DNA of 27,004 nt from assembly GCF_006345805.1 (NCBI RefSeq), contig NW_021834071.1:1-27004 (forward strand), in the 5' to 3' direction. Shown in pieces: positions 21,871 through 27,004 of the stretch; the stretch's first letter is position 1, and every line of letters begins with the position of its first letter. The notes below the pieces were generated by a model, which worked only from the letters and a program-made list of their open reading frames with translations, was not told where the DNA came from and made no database searches. The stretch comes from Octopus sinensis (taxonomy: Eukaryota). Position numbers and translations under genes: made by a program.

Positions 21871-23378
21871 GGTTGCCAAGCATTGATCCATACACTGTCT
21901 GGAAGACAGTCCGGAGTAAGTTTATTGGTGAATATTTAATGAGTTTTCTCTCGAAGATCCATCATGATTTGATTTACCTGGCATCAGCATCATACATTAA
22001 AATCCAAATGTAACCCTCTTTAACAAACGCAGTTATTAAGGAGTTGTTTCAATATCTTTTAGCGAAACAGTGATATAGTTCCAAGATGATGAACATCGGA
22101 TGATGTTATACAGTGTAGAAAATGGTATTCCAAATAAAACGATACCATCACGAGGAGGGAGATTCTTGTGTTTTGGTACACCTTCATGCTCTTTCATAAT
22201 CATCAATTGGGATGCTCTTTCAACGTCATCAACAGGTAAAACAGACGTTGTAGTAATACTTCTGAGTAATTTTCACTTGTCATCACTGTAAACTCAAAAG
22301 TAGAAATCTGGATTTCATTCAAACTGGAAAAAAGGCATCAAAACAGCACCTTATATATACTATTACAAATCTCTATTTGGAGGCGAATGACACTAAATGT
22401 GTTCAAATCGGATGACCAAGTCAAATGTTGTTAGGATAGTGTCTCTTTCCTCGAAAACGTAAGCTCGATCTCACCGAGGTCCCACATGCTTTCTATTGAA
22501 ATAATCATTTCTGATTTAGGCTGAGGGTGTAAGTTAAGCTCTTACCATTAATGTGATATCAAAAAGTGAACTTTTACATCAATTCGAACTGATTTTGCTG
22601 GGTCCTTCCTACTATTTTCTCGTGCAGTTCTATTTAAGGTTGTTTGTGCAATGACAGCCAATCAGTTAACACTGAATGTGTTACTTACTCACTATTATAA
22701 AGCACGCATAAATGCGCACGTGCACACACACACACAAACGAACGAATAAAAAGGCATCTGCTAGAAATAGTAGTATAATTTCCTTTATATCATGCTCTGC
22801 AGTCTTAAAGAAAAGAAGGGTGCTCTGGATGATATAGTCTTGTGCCTTATCATTAAATACACACACAGAAAAGCAACAGAACAAGTGAAGCTGTTGACTC
22901 TTGTCACATTTTCGTGTCTGATTTGCAAATTCCTCCTCACTGTAGAGTTCACGAGACATCAAATTAGTGGATAATGTTCCGTGTCTCTTTACCTTACCCC
23001 TTCATCACCACGTTCCTTGTGGATAAAATTTGATGGTTAAAGGTTATGTTTGCTAACATCTACTTTTTCTGGATGTTTTAGGATATATATGTATAATAGC
23101 CTAGTATTACCTTTAACCTTTGTGAAAGTTTTGAGCCAAATTACCTTGTATAGAAACAATTTTGGGGTTTCTCTATTATAGCAACTTTTGTCGGTTTATG
23201 CGTTTTGTGTCATTATGCGTCGCCTGTGTATATCTATGTGTTAGAAGATGGCAGTCAAATGTGTGCTTCCTACTGTAAAGTAACAAATCAAATGAGTAAG
23301 CCCCTTTCAGCTTACCCTTCTTTCTTCACTATATATATATATATAGATAAACCACACATATACGCATATATATATATC

Positions 23379-23748
23379 GGCGCAGGAGTGGCTGTGTGGT
23401 AAGTAGCTTGCCAACCAACCACATGGTTCCGGGTTCAGTCCCACTGCGTGGCATCTTGGGCAAGTGTCTTCTGCTATAGCCCCGGGCCGACCAATGCCTT
23501 GTGAGTGGATTTGGTAGACGGAAACTGAAAGAAGCATGTCGTATATATATATATATGTGTGTTTGTGTGTCTGTGTTTGTCCCCTCAACATCGCTTGACA
23601 ACCGATGCTGGTGTGTTTACGTCCCCGTAACTTAGCGGTTCGGCAAAAGAAACCGATAGAATAAGTCCCGGGGTCGATTTGTTCGACTAATGGCGGTGCT
23701 CCAACATGGCCGCAGTCAAATGACAAACAAGTAAAAGAGTAAAAAGAG
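23379..23748 (+). mobile_element. SINE-B
   Basis: Full head and tail, with a small internal deletion. Confidence 0.93.
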
Positions 23749-23782
23749 TATATATATGTATGTATGTATGTATGTATTATAT

Positions 23783-23814
<32 letters not shown>

Positions 23815-24166
23815 GTGTATATATGTAGGTATAAATTAGAGGTGTTTAAAACATCTAAGGGATGGTCAAATCCAAAGGCATTCCTGGTGATTACCTGTGT
23901 AGGTACAGATCTTGGTAAAAAGTATACGGTAGCAGGTAATTCAGCGAGTAAACCGTAATTTAAATTATATGCAAGAAGAAAATGGAAGAAAAATAACAGG
24001 AAGAAGTTGGTCGTCGGCGCTAGTAAGCCATTAATTTAATTAATTAATAAAGAAAAGTGGTAGGAATAGTACATTTACGATCGTTTCTGTTTACCAGTTG
24101 CAGTGGTAGACATCATCAGAATGCATAGTCATATGTAGAGGTACGAAGAGCGAGAGACAAAGGAAT

Positions 24167-24556
24167 CTTGGAAGCACTCCGTCGGTTACGACGACGAGGG
24201 TTCCGGTTGATCCGAATCAACGAAACAGCCTGCTCGTGAAATTAACGTGTAAGTGGCTGAGCACTCCACAGACACGTGCACCCTTAACGTAGTTCTCGGG
24301 GATATTCAGCGTGACACAGAGAGTGACAAGGCCGGCCCTTTGAAATACAGGTACAACAGAAACAGGAAGTAAGAGTGAGAGAAAGTTGTGGTGAAAGAGT
24401 ACAGCAGGGATCACCACCATCCCCTGCCGGAGCCTCGTGGAGCTTTTAGGTGTTTTCGCTCAATAAACACTCACAACGCCCGGTCTGGGAATCGAAACCG
24501 CGATCCTATGACCGCGAGTCCACTGCCCTAACCACTGGGCCATTGCGCCTCCACGA
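24167..24556 (-). mobile_element. SINE-C full length with 12-bp TSD
   Basis: TSD agacaaaggaat at 24155-24166 and 24557-24568. Confidence 0.94.
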
Positions 24557-24715
24557 AGACAAAGGAATACATTGGTAACGAGAATAAAGACAAAGAATGG
24601 TGAGTCTTATATTATTGTAGGTTTCTTAGTTGATAATTCTGCAGCGAAGTGGATGTAGGATGTAGGATGGAGGTTATTTTGATCTGTAGTCCCAAGTTTA
24701 AGTAAGCGCATATTT

Positions 24716-24782
24716 TCCACGTGTTGATTGTGGCTAGACTTTTCACCAGCGGTGGAAAGTCTAGCCAGAATAAACACGTGGA
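24716..24782. repeat. 67-nt near-perfect palindrome/hairpin
   Basis: 32-bp stem (2 mismatches, 1 G-U on the + strand) with loop agc. Confidence 0.9.
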
Positions 24783-24937
24783 TTAAACACCTTTATAGAG
24801 ATTCCTTAAAGCAATCAATGCATCGTGTCTTGTTACATGAATCTATTCGATATTTCTACGTCACGAAATTTACAAGGTCTCTTGATGGCTGAGATTGCTT
24901 CACAGTTGGACTGGTAATCAAAATCGTTTGTTCTAAA

Positions 24938-25235
24938 TCTTTATATATAAAAGAGAGCTTATGTGCTGTCTGTCTCCTTCGATTTAGATTCCTAACTACT
25001 CCCACATTTTGCGGTGCAGTTTAACCAAAACCGGGTATCTTATAGTCGTGATTCATATCAAGCCCTTCTGGGTATTAGCGCGCGTCTACGATGAGTCTAC
25101 GATTAAAAAAAAAATTACCATAATTTTTTTTCCATTTTTAATGCATTTTTTTGCTATTTTTGGGCTATAACTCTCTAAAATGCTTATATAGTTATTTCCC
25201 TTACAAACCCGAGCAACGCCGGGCGATACTGCTAG
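24938..25235 (+). mobile_element. Non-autonomous Helitron, 298 bp (internally deleted)
   Basis: A|TCtttatatataaaag 5' end. Hairpin cccgagcaacgccggg at 25208-25223, then CTAG|T. No TSD. Confidence 0.85.
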
Positions 25236-25392
25236 TAGTTTTCTAAAATAAAGACATGAAATATTTAAGCATAAGAACAGATCTTAGCAAGGTTTCCTAT
25301 CACAATTTATTGTATTGCAATATGGATAGACTGATTTAATACACACATACATTCACACATTCTAAATTCATTGAAAGTAAAAGTATTCTATA

Positions 25393-26022
25393 CGAGGGGG
25401 TGCTGAAAAGTTCCTGGCTTTGAATAAATCTATATATATAAAAGTGAGGTTGTGTGCTGTCTGTCTCCTACGATTTAGATTCCTAACTACTCCCACATTT
25501 TGCGGTGCAGTTTAACCAAAAGCGGGTATCTTATAGTCGTGATTCATATCGAGCCCTTCTGGGTATTAGCGCGCGTCTACGATGAGTCTACGATTAAAAA
25601 AAAAATTTACCATAATTTTTTCCCATTTTTAATGCATTTTTTGCTATTATATAGGGGAAGTAACTCTCTAAAAATGTATCATTAGATCTCAGAATGTAAA
25701 AAGCTACAGTAACACCCCCTCCTTTGTGGTTAGCCATATTGAGATGGCTATTATACTTTACATCTCTAAAAATGCTTATATAGTTATTTCCCTTACAAAC
25801 CCGAGCAACGCCGGGCGATACTGCTAGTAAATAAATAAATGAATAAATAAATAAAAGAGGAATAGTTAATTATGATTTTATTCAACATATTTCTCGCTCG
25901 GATTCACACACTTGTAGTGGTCCTTCAGTTTTTCTAAGCCCTGTAAAAAAACTTGGAAGGTTGGATCTCCAACCAGGCCTTTCGCAACACCCTCAAAGCC
26001 AGGAACTTTTCAGCACCACATA
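25393..26022. mobile_element. Mariner/Tc1-type MITE (~230 bp) interrupted by a Helitron
   Basis: TA|cgagggggtgctgaaaagttcc start. Perfect 25-bp inverted repeat 25399-25423 / 25993-26017. Right tip degenerate. Confidence 0.75.
25429..25827 (+). mobile_element. Non-autonomous Helitron, 399 bp
   Basis: A|TCtatatatataaaag 5' end, the same hairpin and CTAG|T at 25824-25827. Confidence 0.87.
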
Positions 26023-26127
26023 TTAAGTGCATTGATAATATTTTGAAAAGCTATGTCGAAATATGTAAGTCCCTAGCTGTGGTAAATAACTCCAACTGTG
26101 TACACAAACTATACTTTTTGTTTGCAA

Positions 26128-26546
26128 GCAGGAGTGGCTGTGTGGTAAGTAGCTTGCTAACCAACTACATGGTTCCGGGTTCAGTCCCACTGCGTGGCAT
26201 CTTGGGCAAGTGTCTTCTGCTATAGCATCGGGCCGACCAATGCCTTGTGAGTGGATTTGGTAGACGGAAACTGAAAGAAGCCTGTCGTATATATGTATAT
26301 ATATATATAAGTGTGTGTGTGTATATGTTTGTGTGTCTGTGTTTGTCCCCCTAGCATTGCTTGACAACCGATGCTGGTGTGTTTACGTCCCCGTCACTTA
26401 GCGGTTCGGCAAAAGAGACCGATAGAATAAGTACTGGGCTTACAAAAAGAATAAGCCCCGGGGTCGATTTGCTCGACTAAAGGCGGTGCTCCAGCATGGC
26501 CGCAATCAAATGACTGAAACAAGTAAAAGAGTAAAAGAGTAAGAGT
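26128..26546 (+). mobile_element. SINE-B
   Basis: Aligns with other B copies. Confidence 0.93.
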
Positions 26547-26756
26547 AAGCATGAAAAAAGTGTAGATGCTCTTGTGAGTAAGTGGAATGCACTTAAGCGG
26601 CATGTCCATATGGAAAGCACGTGGTGGGAATCTTCGGTTACCAACAGACTGAATCGTCAGCTGTCTACTTGTAAACATAATCTGTAAAACATACATAGAC
26701 GACTCTTTATTTTGTTTGTGCTAAGAAATAAGTGTGTGAGTATATTGCTGTTTATA

Positions 26757-26815
26757 TCTTTATATATAAAAGTGAGGTTGTGTGCTGTCTGTCTCCTACG
26801 ATTTAGATTCCTAAC
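26757..26815 (+). mobile_element. Helitron 5' end fragment (59 bp)
   Basis: Near-identical to the first 59 nt of 25429-25827. Confidence 0.8.
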
Positions 26816-26829
26816 ACGCTCATACAGTC

Positions 26830-26876
26830 ACGCATATATGTACACACACACACATATATGTACATATATGCGTGCC

Positions 26877-26913
<37 letters not shown>

Positions 26914-27004
26914 GCATATATATACATATATATGCTTATGTATATATATATGCATATGTATATATATATATATATATTATATATATATATATATATATAA
27001 TATA
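26830..27004. repeat. (TA)n-rich microsatellite
   Basis: Direct reading. Confidence 0.95.

Overview
This is AT-rich, repeat-saturated, non-coding eukaryotic DNA. I find no intact protein-coding gene, and nearly all supplied ORFs are translations of microsatellites or SINEs. The repeats resemble octopus tRNA-derived SINEs (the OK/OR1/OR2 class); this assignment is by recognition, not a database search. Contents: about 30 SINE copies or fragments in four families (here called A-D), hAT- and mariner-type MITEs, four non-autonomous Helitron pieces, a clear R4/Dong-like retrotransposon zinc-knuckle relic, a probable decayed APE/RTE LINE, a tRNA-Leu(TAA) pseudogene and many microsatellites. The least ordinary signal is a series of near-identical local inverted copies that cross element boundaries (390 bp at ~98% identity, ~170 bp, 71 bp, a split 42-mer and 27 bp). 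Other candidates are a 67-nt near-perfect hairpin, a recurring SINE-dimer junction, a same-strand Helitron cluster and an unidentified protein-like frame with a single stop. The window is probably intronic or intergenic. I see no strong evidence for a new gene system.
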